NCBI GenBank assembly: GCA_963737265.1
Contig: CAVTRY010000007.1
Span: 352,001 to 416,000, forward strand
Length of the DNA: 64,000 nucleotides
DNA from: an uncultured delta proteobacterium
GTDB taxonomy: Bacteria; Myxococcota_A; Polyangia; Fen-1088
Direction: 5' to 3'
The notes below the pieces were generated by a model. The model ran no database searches. It was not told the DNA's origin and worked only from the letters and a program-made list of their open reading frames with translations. The position numbers were made by a program, and so were the translations under genes. Shown in pieces: positions 26,542 to 37,655 of the stretch. How positions within the stretch are numbered: position 1 is the first letter of the stretch; each line of letters starts with the position of its first letter.

Positions 26542-26595
26542 CCAGCCGAACATACCCGAACACATGACCCAGCCGAACACATGACCCAGCCGAAC
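26536..26595 (+). repeat. Triplicated ACATGACCCAGCCGAAC start-codon region
   Basis: ATGA at 26538, 26564 and 26581. Confidence 0.9.
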
Positions 26596-27107
26596 TTCGT
26601 GCCGATCGTCGAGACCGACCAGGTCCGGCCCTCGTACCGCCTCCGCACCCCGCTCGACTGGCGCGCCGGTCGCGTGGCGGACCTGCGCGGGCCCGAGACG
26701 CCCGCGGCCGGGAACTGGGCGTGCCCGGTCCCGACCAGGGATACGCCCTGCTCCTCGCCCACACCCTGTTCGAGGACAGGATCGAGCTCACCGACGGCAT
26801 CACGGCCGAGGACGCCCTGGTGGGGTGTGCCGGGGTGGCGAGCCGGCGCGCTTCGCTGTTCGGGCGGGCGCCCGTGGCCAAGGACATCGAGCTGGCGCTG
26901 GTGCTGTTCGGGTTCCTGGGCGGCGCGCCCGCCGAACTCGTCGCCTGGAGGGCACCGCTGTTCGAGGCGGCCGCGCACCACTACCAGCAGCAGCGGGCCA
27001 TCGCCGGCGCGGTGTCGGAAGAGACGTTGCGCCTGAGCCCGGCCGAGGTGCGGGCTCGGCTGTCGGACTGGCGCTCCATGCTGGCGCCCTCGGCCCTCGC
27101 CTCCTGA
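26581..27107 (+). CDS. Hypothetical protein (one frameshift)
   Basis: MTQPNFVPI...WRAGRVADL joins PGPDQGYALLLA...RRASLFGRAPVAKD; codon usage is typical for this genome. Confidence 0.75.
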
Positions 27108-27146
27108 TCCACGGCAGCGGGCCGGACTCGACACCGGACGTCTGCG

Positions 27147-27200
27147 AGCTCCGACAGCTCCGACAACTCCGACAGCTCCGACAACTCCGACAGCTCGGCA
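27147..27200 (+). repeat. Six 9-bp units A(G/A)CTCCGAC before the hydrolase start
   Basis: Read directly; AG and AA variants alternate. Confidence 0.9.
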
Positions 27201-27205
27201 CCGGG

Positions 27206-28091
27206 ATGCAACAGCTCGAAGTCACCGCCAACGGGTTCACCTTCGACGCGGTGGAGTCCGGACCGAGTGACGGCCGGCCTGTCGTGCTGCTGCACGGATT
27301 CCCCCAGACCACGTTCTCGTGGCACCACCAGATGGAGGCCCTCGGCGCGGCGGGATACCGCGGGCTCGCCTTCGACCAGCGCGGGTACTCCCCCCGTGCC
27401 CGGCCCCCCGTCGGTGGAGGACTACCGCATCGGCGAGCTCGTCGGTGACGTACTGGCGGTGGCGGACCGCTGGGGTCTGGACCGTTTCGATCTCGTCGGC
27501 CACGACTGGGGTGCCATGGTGGCCTGGGTCGTGGCGGCCCGGCATCCCGATCGCGTGCGAACGCTCACTGCCGTGTCGGTGCCCCATCCCCGCGCCTTCG
27601 CCGCCGCCTTCGGCGCAAACGAGAGCGCCGCCGGGGGCCGCGCCGACGAGGACCAGCGCCAACGCTCGTCCTACATCCAGGTGTTCCGGGCCGAGGGCGG
27701 GGTGGCGGAGCGGGCCCTGCTGGGCGAGGACGGCTCGGGCGACGGGCTCCGGGCGATGTTCGACGCGAGCGGGCTCCCTTCGGACACCGAGGAGGTGCGC
27801 CGGTTCACGGCCGCCATGCTCGAGCCCGGCGCGCTCACCGCCGCGCTCAATTGGTACCGAGCCACCGAGCCCCATTCACTCAGTGACGTGGGCGCGATCA
27901 CGGTCCCCACCCTCTACGTCTGGTCCGACAACGACATCGCCCTCGGGGCCAAGGCCGCGTACGCCACGGTGGACTGGGTGTCGGCGCCGTACCGGTTCGA
28001 GGTCCTGGCCGGGGTCAGCCACTGGATCCCCGAAACGGCGCCGCCGGAGCTCAACCGCCTGCTGTTGGAGCATCTCGCCGCGCACGGGTAG
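27206..28091 (+). CDS. Alpha/beta hydrolase, epoxide hydrolase-like (one frameshift)
   Basis: LLHGFP, DQRGYS, GHDWGA, ALNWYRA, GVSHW. Confidence 0.9.
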
Positions 28092-28172
28092 GAGCGACGC
28101 CGCGGCCGGGCCACCCGGCGAGCACCTGGGGTGGAGCACCAGGCAGCGCTCGGAGGGCGCGAGACTGACGGT

Positions 28173-29328
28173 ATGGACCAGGCACCGGCTTTCGCACTCA
28201 CCGACACGCACAAGCAGTTCCGCGCCGCGGTCCGCCAGATGTGCGAGGAGCGGATCGCACCGCACGCGGCCGAGGTGGACCGGGACGCGGCGTTCCCGTG
28301 GGACGGGTTCAAGGCGTCGGTGGAGATGGAGCTGCCCGCCCTCGGGTTGCCGGTGAGCTACGGCGGCGCCGGAGCCGATCACGTCACCCAGGCGATCATG
28401 GTCGAAGAGCTGGCCCGGGTGTGCGCCTCGACGAGCGTCACCATGCTCATCTCCAAACTCAGCATGATGCCCATCTTCAACTGGGGCACCGAGGAGCTGC
28501 GCCAGAAGTACGTCCCGCGCGTCGCGTCGGGCGACGCCCAGGCGAGCTACTGCCTGTCGGAGGCCGATGCCGGCAGCGATGTCGCCGCCATGCGGTGCCG
28601 GGCCGTCCGTGACGGCGACCACTACATTCTGTCGGGCACCAAGTACTGGATCACCAACGCCGGGGCCTCCGACATCTACACCGTTTTCGCCAAGACCGAT
28701 CCCGACGCCGGCCACCGGGGCATCAGCTGCTTCGTGATCGAGGCCGACTGGGGCGTGCAGCGTCGCCAAGCTCGAGCACAAGATGGGCTTGCGGGGCAGT
28801 CCCACGGGCGAGGTCGTCCTCGACGACGTCCGGGTACCCGTCGAGAACCGGGTGGGCGAGGAGGGCCAGGGCTTCACCATCGCCATGCACACCCTCGACC
28901 GCAGCCGCCCCACCATCGGCGCCCAGGCCGTCGGCATCGCCCAGGGCGCGATCGACTACGCGGCGCAGTACATGAAGCAGCGCAAGGCGTTCGGTCAGCC
29001 CATCGCCGACTTCCAGGGGCTGCGCTTCATGCTGGCCGACATGGCGATGCGGACAGAGGCGGCGCGCACTCTCGTCTATCGGGCGTGCTCGGTCATCGAC
29101 GCGGGTGATCCCGACCACGAGCTCTCGATGGTCGGTGCCATGGCGAAGTGCTTCGCCTCGGACACGGCCATGGCGGTGACCACCGATGCCGTCCAACTCC
29201 TGGGTGGGTACGGCTACACCACCGACTTCCCGGCCGAGCGCTTCATGCGCGACGCCAAGATCACGCAAATCTACGAAGGCACCAACCAGATCCAGCGCGT
29301 GGTGATCTCCAAGAAGCTGCTCGGGTAG
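28173..29328 (+). CDS. Acyl-CoA dehydrogenase (one frameshift)
   Basis: [65 protein letters not shown]. Confidence 0.95.
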
Positions 29329-29417
29329 CGATCGTCGTCGTCCGGATTGGTCCGGGTGGCGCGGCGGGCGGCGCCGCCTGGTCGTCGGTGCGTTGTCGTG
29401 CCACTATTACCGTTCGA

Positions 29418-29948
29418 ATGCCGGGGACATGGTTGTCCATCCGAGTCGAACTGGTGGAAGGTGGTGGGGCCACCTGCTGGCCCCGTCCGGGACGCGTCCT
29501 CGCGGCGGCAGAGTCGCACAGCTTCGCTGAATTGGCCGAGGCGATCGATGACGCCTTCGCGCGCTGGGACAGGAGCCACCTCCACGAATTCGTCCTGGCC
29601 GACGGCACTCGACTATCGGTCCCCGATCCCGATGACGACGAACCCGATTCGGTGCTCGACGACGAGCTCACGCTGTTGTCGCGGCTCGAGCGGGACGAGC
29701 AGTTCGTCTACACGTTCGATCTCGGCGACGACTGGGCCCATATCTGTACCGTCGGAGATAGTTGGATCGACCCGGTCGATGTGCTCGGCTTCGTGCCCGA
29801 GGCCCCACTGCCGTACTGGGGGTGGGGAAAGATCCCCGACCAGTACAGGCGGCGCTGGGAGAGCGACGACGGCGAGTCGCAGGCGCCACCCGACCCGCAT
29901 CTGACCGACCTCCCTCCGTTGCATCCGGGCTGGGGACCATCTGGTTGA
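29418..29948 (+). CDS. pRiA4b ORF3/TnpR-like protein
   Basis: SFAELAEAIDDAFARWDRSHLHEF...FVYTFDLGDDWAH. Confidence 0.7.
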   Translation: MPGTWLSIRVELVEGGGATCWPRPGRVLAAAESHSFAELAEAIDDAFARWDRSHLHEFVLADGTRLSVPDPDDDEPDSVLDDELTLLSRLERDEQFVYTFDLGDDWAHICTVGDSWIDPVDVLGFVPEAPLPYWGWGKIPDQYRRRWESDDGESQAPPDPHLTDLPPLHPGWGPSG

Positions 29949-30288
29949 GCCAAAACTTCGGGTTGATGCAAAAAGGCAATGCATCGGACAGTGCGCGAAG
30001 GTGAGCGGCCACGGCGCGTGGCTGGGAGTCGGAACCGCGTGTGACCGACGTGTCGTGGGCGCGTGGCTGGATTCCCTGGGTGCTGCCGAGCGGCCGGGCG
30101 TGCGGCCGGCCGGCGTGTGGCGGACACGTGGTGCGTATACCATCTGACCAGCGGATGTGGCCGTGCGCCGGGCGGTCCATGCTCGGGCCGGTGGCGCCGG
30201 TTTCTTTGAGTGGTAGCGGGGGTCGGGATCCATATGGGCATCGGTGGCGCGTTCGATGACAAGGGCACTTCGTTGAGCGCGAAGGCCA

Positions 30289-31851
30289 ATGCGTAGCGTG
30301 AAATTGCTCGGGTCTCGGCGCGGCGACAGGCGCAGCGCCAGGCACACACCGACGGCTCGCCGTCGTCCGGGGGCGATCGTGTTCGCCATATCGACCGCGT
30401 GCGTCCTTGCTGCGGGCACGGTCCTCGTCGACGCCAGCCCCAGTTCTGCCAAGGTTTCCGCCGCGACCAACAGCATCATCACGATCGCAGGACCGGCCGC
30501 GGGCCTGGGTTCACCCCAATCGGCGGCCTTCGACCCGCACGGCAACCTGATCGTCGCCGACGAGAACAACAACGTCATCAAGGTGGTGGCGGCCTCCAAG
30601 GGCACCTTCTACGGCCAGTCGATGGTGCCCGGCGGCGTCTACACCATCGTCAGTGGGCTTTCGGGCCCCAACGGTGTCGCCGTCGATCCGCAGGGCGACA
30701 TCGCCATCACCGACACCGGCGACAACGAAGTCATCTTCATCCCGCCCGTGGGCGGTAACTACTTCGGCAGCACGTTGAGTGCCGGCCAGATCTTCCCGGT
30801 GGCCGAAGGGGTCGCGACGAGCCCGAGCTCGATCACGAGCGTCGCTCCGTGGTATTCCGCCGGTCTCAACTCTCCCGATGGCATCGCCTTCGACGCCCGG
30901 GGAGACCTCGTGATAGCAGACACCTTCAACGACGTCGTCCGGTTCATGCCGCGAGCCGGGGGAGTGTTCTTCGGCCGCTCGATGTCGGCGGGGAACATCT
31001 ACACCATCGCAGGCGATACCGTGAACGGGTACTCGGGCGACGGCGGACCGGCCGACCTCGCGCAGCTGGCGATGGACAACTTCGACGGAATCGGCGTGGA
31101 CCCGAACGGGAACGTGGTGTTCTCCGACGTCGACAACATGGTGGTCCGTGTCGTGGCCAACGTCACCGGCTCCTTCCAGGGACGAGCCGTCACCGCCGGC
31201 GACATCTACACCATCGCGGGTGACACCAACGAAGGCTTCAAGGGTGACAAGAAGCCGGCCACCAAGGCATGGCTCGACACTCCCCAGGGCATTGCGGTCG
31301 ACGGTTCCGACAACGTCCTCATCAGCGACTCGAACAACAACAGGATCCGGGTCGTCGCCGGCGCCGCCGGCACCTATGACGGCATGCACGTCAAGATGGG
31401 CGACATCTACACCGTCCCCGGCACAGCCGGGTTGCTGAACGGATTAGGCGGGATAAGCCTCGGCCCCTCCAGTCAGATCGTGATCCCCGACGGCACGGAC
31501 AACGTCGTTCTCGAGCTCGCCGACGTTCCCCCCGTTCCCTCTGTCGCGGGCCTGAAGCCGGCCTTCGGCCCGATCTCGGGCGACCGCAAGGTGACTATCA
31601 CGGGAACCGGTTTGGCGGGCGCCAGGGAAGTCCTGTTCGGTTCGCGCCCCGCCACGAGCTTCGCGGTGAAGTCGAACAAGAAGATCATCGCCTTCTCGCC
31701 CGTCGGCACGCTCGGGACCGTGGTGGTGAGCGTGGTGGCCTCGACAGGCGCCGGCGGTGGCTACTACACCTACCAATTGAGCGCGGGGAAGACGAAGCAC
31801 GCCGCTGAGCGGCGGAGCGTTCCTGGTTGGTTCGCTACCTGCTCTGGATGA
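30289..31851 (+). CDS. Secreted NHL-repeat beta-propeller protein with C-terminal IPT/TIG domain
   Basis: Signal-like N-terminus; repeated PxG(I/V)A(V/F)DxxGxxxIAD and IYTIAG; PAFGPISGDRKVTITGTGL. Confidence 0.85.
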   Translation: MRSVKLLGSRRGDRRSARHTPTARRRPGAIVFAISTACVLAAGTVLVDASPSSAKVSAATNSIITIAGPAAGLGSPQSAAFDPHGNLIVADENNNVIKVVAASKGTFYGQSMVPGGVYTIVSGLSGPNGVAVDPQGDIAITDTGDNEVIFIPPVGGNYFGSTLSAGQIFPVAEGVATSPSSITSVAPWYSAGLNSPDGIAFDARGDLVIADTFNDVVRFMPRAGGVFFGRSMSAGNIYTIAGDTVNGYSGDGGPADLAQLAMDNFDGIGVDPNGNVVFSDVDNMVVRVVANVTGSFQGRAVTAGDIYTIAGDTNEGFKGDKKPATKAWLDTPQGIAVDGSDNVLISDSNNNRIRVVAGAAGTYDGMHVKMGDIYTVPGTAGLLNGLGGISLGPSSQIVIPDGTDNVVLELADVPPVPSVAGLKPAFGPISGDRKVTITGTGLAGAREVLFGSRPATSFAVKSNKKIIAFSPVGTLGTVVVSVVASTGAGGGYYTYQLSAGKTKHAAERRSVPGWFATCSG

Positions 31852-33217
31852 ACTGCGGCAGCCACTGGGCAGTGGCGGCCAGAAGCTCGTCGGTCATCGC
31901 GACGACGTGCTCGTAGGGGAGCGATCCGGCCATGGGATCGGCGAGCATGGCTTGGAGCGCGGTCGTCGGATTTCCTGACAGAGCGGCGTCCACCGTCAGC
32001 TCCTGCGAGCTCACCACCCGTCGGAGGTGCTCGCCCAGGAACGACGGCACGGTGGCCCGGTCCCGAGGCGCGACCCCGTCGGCTCCCGCCACCAACATGC
32101 ATTCCACGACGACGTCGTTGGGCAGGTTCTCGACCTGGCCCGTGTTGGGAACGTTGCCGGGGATGACCTTCTCCTCACCGGTGACGAGCCCGTCGAGGAG
32201 GGGCGCGACGAACTCTCCCGACGGCCACCGGGGAATGGTCTCCGCGACGAGCAGATCGGCCATCTCGCGGTCGTCGTCGGCCTTGTCGGACTGGTGTCCG
32301 TGCATCCCGTAGTGGTGCGCTCCCCATTGACGTCCGTAGTCGGAGGCGGCGGTCACGAAGCCGGCGAAGAACTCCACCACGTGGGTGTCTGACGATCCGG
32401 GCAGGACGCCGAATCGCTCGAAGAGCTCGAACTTGACCTTGTTGTTGGCCAGGATGTCGGCCTTGGTCCAGCCCCCACCGGGATCGACCTTCTTGTAGTG
32501 CATCCCGGCGGGAGGGTCCATCCACAGGGACCCGGCGAGATCGATGTCGCCCTTGAGAGCGGCGCCCAGCATGCCGAACCCGTCGCGCTCGCCGATACGG
32601 AGCGAGGTCACCAGGGGGAGATGGTTGACGCCCGCCACCACGGGGTCCACCGACATGAAGTCGGTGTCGAACAACAGGCTGAGGACGAACTTGAGACCCA
32701 CGATCTCGGCGCACAGCCCGACCGTCTTGATCGACGTCTCCCGGGTCACGGCCCGACACAGCGCCGTGAGGGGATTGCTCACGTTGACGAGCAACGCATC
32801 GGGGCACTGCCGCTCCATGGCCCTGGCCACGTCCAGGATCACCGGCACACTGCGCAGCGACCGGGAGATGCCTCCCGGACCCACGCTGTCACCGACGGTC
32901 TGGCGGATCCCGTAGCGGGCCGGGATCTCGATGTCGTGGCGCATGCTGGCGAACCCACCCACCGAGAAGGTGGCGATGACGTACTCGGCGCCGGCGAGGG
33001 CGTCGTCGATGTCGGTCGTCGCACGCGCCGTGAGCGGGATGCCCCGGCGCTCGGCCACATGCGCGGCCACCTTGAGCGCGGGCGGCAGCGACTCGGGATC
33101 GAGGTCGAAGAGCACGACCTCTGCATCGGTCAGAGCCGATGTGTTGGCGAAGTCCACCATGAGCTTCGGCGTCCAGTGGGTGCTTCCTCCACCTACGAGC
33201 GTGATCTTCGCGGCCAT
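31835..33217 (-). CDS. GH4 NAD+/Mn2+-dependent glycosidase (alpha-galactosidase-like)
   Basis: KITLVGGGS, DIEIPARYGIRQTVGDSVGPGG, NVSNP, GLC, AGVNH, NVPNTGQVENLP. Confidence 0.9.
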   Translation of the reverse strand: MAAKITLVGGGSTHWTPKLMVDFANTSALTDAEVVLFDLDPESLPPALKVAAHVAERRGIPLTARATTDIDDALAGAEYVIATFSVGGFASMRHDIEIPARYGIRQTVGDSVGPGGISRSLRSVPVILDVARAMERQCPDALLVNVSNPLTALCRAVTRETSIKTVGLCAEIVGLKFVLSLLFDTDFMSVDPVVAGVNHLPLVTSLRIGERDGFGMLGAALKGDIDLAGSLWMDPPAGMHYKKVDPGGGWTKADILANNKVKFELFERFGVLPGSSDTHVVEFFAGFVTAASDYGRQWGAHHYGMHGHQSDKADDDREMADLLVAETIPRWPSGEFVAPLLDGLVTGEEKVIPGNVPNTGQVENLPNDVVVECMLVAGADGVAPRDRATVPSFLGEHLRRVVSSQELTVDAALSGNPTTALQAMLADPMAGSLPYEHVVAMTDELLAATAQWLPQFIQSR

Positions 33218-33265
33218 GGGCCGACGATACCCGCGGCGCGACTTCCCTGCTCCTGCGCTGGCCCT

Positions 33266-33375
33266 GCGCTAATCCGGCGCTAATCCTGCGCTAATCCGGC
33301 GCTAATCCTGCGCTAATCCTGCGCTAATCCTGCGCTAATCATGCGCTAATCCTGCGCTAATCATGCGCCAATCCT
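33266..33375. repeat. Ten tandem 11-bp units GCGCTAATC(CT/CG/AT)
   Basis: Counted directly; starts about 50 bp upstream of the GH4 start codon. Confidence 0.95.
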
Positions 33376-33398
33376 GCGAGGCACCTCGAGGCTGCGCG

Positions 33399-35379
33399 TC
33401 AGCGGGGGATCTGAGCGACGTTCACGGCCTCCAACTGCGAGGAGGCGTAGTTCGTGACCAACAGGGTCTTGCCGTTGGGTTCCAGGGTGAACTGACGCGG
33501 GAACTGGCCCGCCGGGATCTGACCGACTACCGACGGCTTCCCGGCGAGGGCCGCAGCCGTGTCGACGACACTCAAGCTCGCCCTTGCGCTGGTCATCGAG
33601 AACCGGTTTGAGTTGGCCACCACGATGAGTTTTCCGTCGTCGACCACGGCCTCGCCGACCGGAGCTTCCCCCACCTCGACGTGGCATGAGAGCGCATGCT
33701 TCGGGTCCGACACGAGCCGGCCGGCCGAGAAACCGAGAAGCTGGTCACTCTCTCTGGCTGTCACCCACACCACCGATCCATCGTCCGAGGTCACGACCCG
33801 CACGGCACCGCATCCGGCGGTCACGACCGAGCGCACCGAAGCGCCGGGGTCGGCTTCCGCCGTTGCCAGAGAGATGACTGCCAGGGTCCCCTGCGAGACA
33901 CGCGGTCCGGCTCCCTCGCTCGTGGCGTAGAGGTACTTCCCGTCAGAGGAGATGGCCATGCCGACCGGGGCACTCCCGAGGGGGATGGTCCCGACGAAAT
34001 GCGATGACGCGAAGTTGTCGGCCAGAGCGGCCTGAAGGTCGAAGACGGCGATGTCCCCCGAACTCTCCAGAGACACGAATGCGAAGCGACCGTCGGGTGA
34101 GACGGCGACCTCGATCCCGCCGCCTCCCGAGGGGGCACTTGCGGATCCGATGACCGGATCGGACGAGCCCAGATCGAGTGCCTGGAGACTCACGGCGAGG
34201 AATCCCGAGTCGGTGGCGGCGAGCAGGTAGCGGCCGTCCGGGGTCATCGTCTCTCCAGCCACGCTCTGGGGAAGCGGCACCGTTCGCACCAGCGACGGTG
34301 CAAACGACGTGTCCGAGAACACCCCGAGGGAGTTCCCGAGCGATACGAAGGAAAGGCTCCCTTGCGCGGCGACATCGAACGGTGCCCCGACGACGGGGAC
34401 CAGGGCGGTCTGGACTCCGGTCAGCCGGGTCTGGCTCGACTCGTCGGTGCTACATCCCGGAGACCCGTCGGCGACCACGCCGGGAGGGAGAGGAGCGTTG
34501 TCACCCACCGGGGCGCCCGATGACGGCGAGCCCCCCGCGGTCGGGATTTCGTTGGCCGGGTAGTCCCACTCGCCCATGCTGGCGGTGATCGGGACCAACT
34601 GGTTCGCCATGCACGTGCCGAACCCGAGGTTGTGCTGAGCTGACGCCGTTCGTGATGCCCCGCGCGAGGCCGCGCCTGATGTGACGTTCGACACGTCCCG
34701 TGAGGTGGCGTCGAGCTCCAGGGCTCGGTACGTGCACGCAGACTGGGGCAACTGCCCGATGAAGAACGACACTCCGTTGACGACTCGCACTGTGGGGGAG
34801 GGGAGATGGGCTCCGGGCGCGAACGTGCCCACTCTTCCGTTGCTCAGCTTCACGGTGGACCGACCCGCGTAGTCGACGACGCCGTAGACGATGCCACGCG
34901 GCACCATGGCCACCATCTCGAGCTCGGCCGGGTTCGGGTAGCCCGGACACAGACCATACGCACGCCCCCCGATCACGACGCCACCCTCCTCGAGGGCGCC
35001 GGCGCCGCGCTCGGCCCGGCGCGCCCACAGCGCCCAGCGCTCTCCGTGCACCGACCCGCTGGCGACCTGTCGGGCGAGCTTCGTCAGCGCGCTCGACCGA
35101 CGAGTTGGCTTGAGCTGCGAACGAAGGCGAGCACCTGTAGGCCGCGTCGCCGAGACCGCCAGCGAGACCGCCAGCGAGACCGGCAGCGCGACCGCCAGCG
35201 ATGCCGGCAGAGAGGCCGGTGGAGAGGCCGGTGGACGACGGGGGCCGGGGAGGGCCCGTTCCCAGGGTGACGAGGGGAACGGCGATCGCCAGACCGATGA
35301 CGAGAACCACTAGACCCGCCACCGCGACGTGACGCGGTCGGCGTCGGACCCACCATTGTCGACGAGCAGTATCGGACAT
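33399..35379 (-). CDS. Membrane-anchored protein with C-terminal YncE/YVTN-like beta-propeller (frameshift near 35050-35100)
   Basis: N-terminal TM (VAVAGLVVLVIGLAIAVPLV); repeated SPDGR/SSDGKYLY blades. Confidence 0.75.
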
Positions 35380-35501
35380 GTTCCGGCTCCGGTGTCGAAG
35401 CCTATGGGAGGGAGTCGCAGCGAGCCGGGTGCGTGCTGGGAGCGAGCCGAGAGCGAGCAGGGAGCGAGCCCAGGAGCAGTCCACTCACCTACAGTGCGGC
35501 C

Positions 35502-36270
35502 ATGTCCGGTACACAACAACGGACGGTGGACGAGATGCGGGTCGTGGTTCATTCCGACTCGTGCGCCCTGGCCCGCACTGCCGCGGACAGCGCCGCGGCC
35601 GCGCTGCGCCAGGCCGTGGCGGCGCGCGGGGTCGCCCACGCCATGTTCGCCACCGGGAATTTGCAGCTCGAGTTCATCGACACCCTCGTGACCGCCACCA
35701 CGGATGTGCCGTGGGGCAACGTCGTCGTGTTCCACATGGACGAGTACGTGGGAGTGGGCCCGACGCCCGGTGGGTTTCCAGCGGTGGATCCGGGAACGCA
35801 TCAGCGACCACGTCCGTCCCCTCGCGGCTCATTACATCGACGGGTTGGCCAATCCCCGGGCGGAGTGCGACCGCTACATGGCGCTGCTGCGGACCATCCG
35901 TTGGACCTGTGCTGTCTCGGGATCGGGGAGAACGGGCATCTTGCGTTCAACGACCCTCCGTCGCCGACTTCAACGACCCTCTGGACATGAAGGTCGTGGA
36001 GCTCGATCGGGAATGCAGGCTCCAGCAGGTGCACGAGGGCCATTTCCCTGACATCGGTGCGGTGCCGAGCCACGCGCTCACCGCCACCATCCCGGCGCTG
36101 CTGCGGGCCGGGACCGTCCTGGCCGTCGTGCCAGAAGCCGCAAGGCCGAACCCGTGCGGGCGGCGGTGACAGGTCCGGTGTCGACCTCGTGCCCGGCATC
36201 GGTGCTGCGCACACGGGACAACGTCACGCTGCTCATCGATCGCGAGTCGGCATCGCTGCTCGGGTGGTGA
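35502..36270 (+). CDS. Glucosamine-6-phosphate deaminase/isomerase family (frameshifted)
   Basis: MFATGN, FHMDEYVG, CCLGIGENGHLAFNDP, QQVHEGHF, STSCPASVLR. Confidence 0.85.
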
Positions 36271-36274
36271 TCGG

Positions 36275-37592
36275 GTGTCGCATGGTCGACACCTCAGATC
36301 CAGCGCCATCGGCGTCGTGTCGATCGTGGCTCTCTTGCTGGCCGGGTGCGGGAGCTTGTTGGCGGGCTGCGGAAGCAACGGATCCGCCCCATCGGGCTCG
36401 GGTGCACACCAGACAACCGGTGGAACCGCCAGCGGAGCGAGCGGAGCGAGTGGGAGCGGCACGGGCGGGGCGGGCGGGGCCAGCGGAGCGAGTGGGAGCG
36501 AGACGGGCGGGGCGAGTAGGAGCGGGACGGGCGGGGCGAGCGGGACGGGCGCTGATCACGACTGCATCGTGGGGGGAGGGGCGACCCCACCGCCGGTGGC
36601 GTGGACCCGGTTGCGCAACCCCATCCTGAGCGAGCCCGACGCGGCGGTGAAGGACCAGGCGCTGGTGTGGTCCGGCGGCGAATGGCACATGCTCTTCAGC
36701 TATGTGACCGACGACGCCCCGACCCCCGGGGCCGAGAACTGGAACATCGCCACCGCCACGAGCTCGGACCTGACGCAATGGTCGGCGCCATCGCCGTGGC
36801 CGGTGCAGGCCGGTATGGACGGGGTCGCATCGCCCGACATCGTCCGCAGTCCGTCCGGGTTGTTCGTCGCCACGTACGACACGAACCCCGACACGGCCCC
36901 CGACTCGCCCGCGCAGTCCAAGCTGTACTACCGGACCTCGACCGACCTCGAGACGTGGTCGGCACCGCATCCCCTCGCGCCCGGCATCCACCCCGCGCCG
37001 GGCGATCGCATGATCGACGCGGCGGTGGCCTGGACCGGCAACGGCCTGATCCTCGGGTACAAGTACGGCACGACCAGCGGATCAGGGGCGCAGCATTTCG
37101 AGATCGCGTGGTCGCCGAGCGGCTCGCTCGACGGGCCATGGACCTATGTGGGCCGGCCCGACATCGTCGTCAACGGCGACACCATCGAGAACTTCGAATT
37201 CGTCGCGGTAGCGGGACGGTGGCACCTGGTGGCCACCTCGAACAGCTTCGACCAGCCCTGGATCTTCGTGTTGTCGGGCGACCCGTCGACCCCGTCGTCA
37301 TGGCTGCACTCGACCGGCGCGAGGATGCTCGTCATCCCCGGCCAGGCGTGGGACTCCGGCCCCGGGATCTCGAGCGTCGGCTATGAGCACGCCAACTCGG
37401 TGTTCCTGTGCGACGCCCGGACCGGTACCGCCGATCACTCCGGTACAGGTACGGGTGACGACTCCGGCGCCGGCTACTACTACCTCACCTACGCGGGCAG
37501 CGACGAGCTCACCCATTTCGGAGGATGGGGGCATGCCAAGATCGGGATGGCGCGCAGCACTGATCTCGTGCAATTGGCAGATCCCGGGCTGA
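36275..37592 (+). CDS. Lipoprotein with Gly/Ser/Thr linker and five-bladed propeller glycosidase-like domain
   Basis: LLAGC lipobox; LRNPIL...KD, WHMLFS, SSDLTQW, STDLETW, ARSTDLV Asp-box-like repeats; the true end probably follows an indel near 37570. Confidence 0.65.
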
Positions 37593-37655
37593 CATTCCGG
37601 AAAAGGCCAACCGCCAAATCGGCCGGCCGCCCAATCACCCACCGGCGAGAGACCC

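Noticed and set aside
29418-29948. Insertion sequence
   Set aside because: Only a TnpR/pRiA4b-like gene is present; no transposase, terminal inverted repeats or target duplication were found.
29950-30288. Riboswitch or ncRNA upstream of the NHL gene
   Set aside because: Only a short GATGCA/TGCATC stem was seen, and I recognise no aptamer consensus. An Rfam scan would settle it.
33266-33375. CRISPR array
   Set aside because: Units are 11 bp and contiguous with no unique spacers, and no cas genes are in the window. The same holds for the repeats at 12007, 17447, 22732 and 40467.
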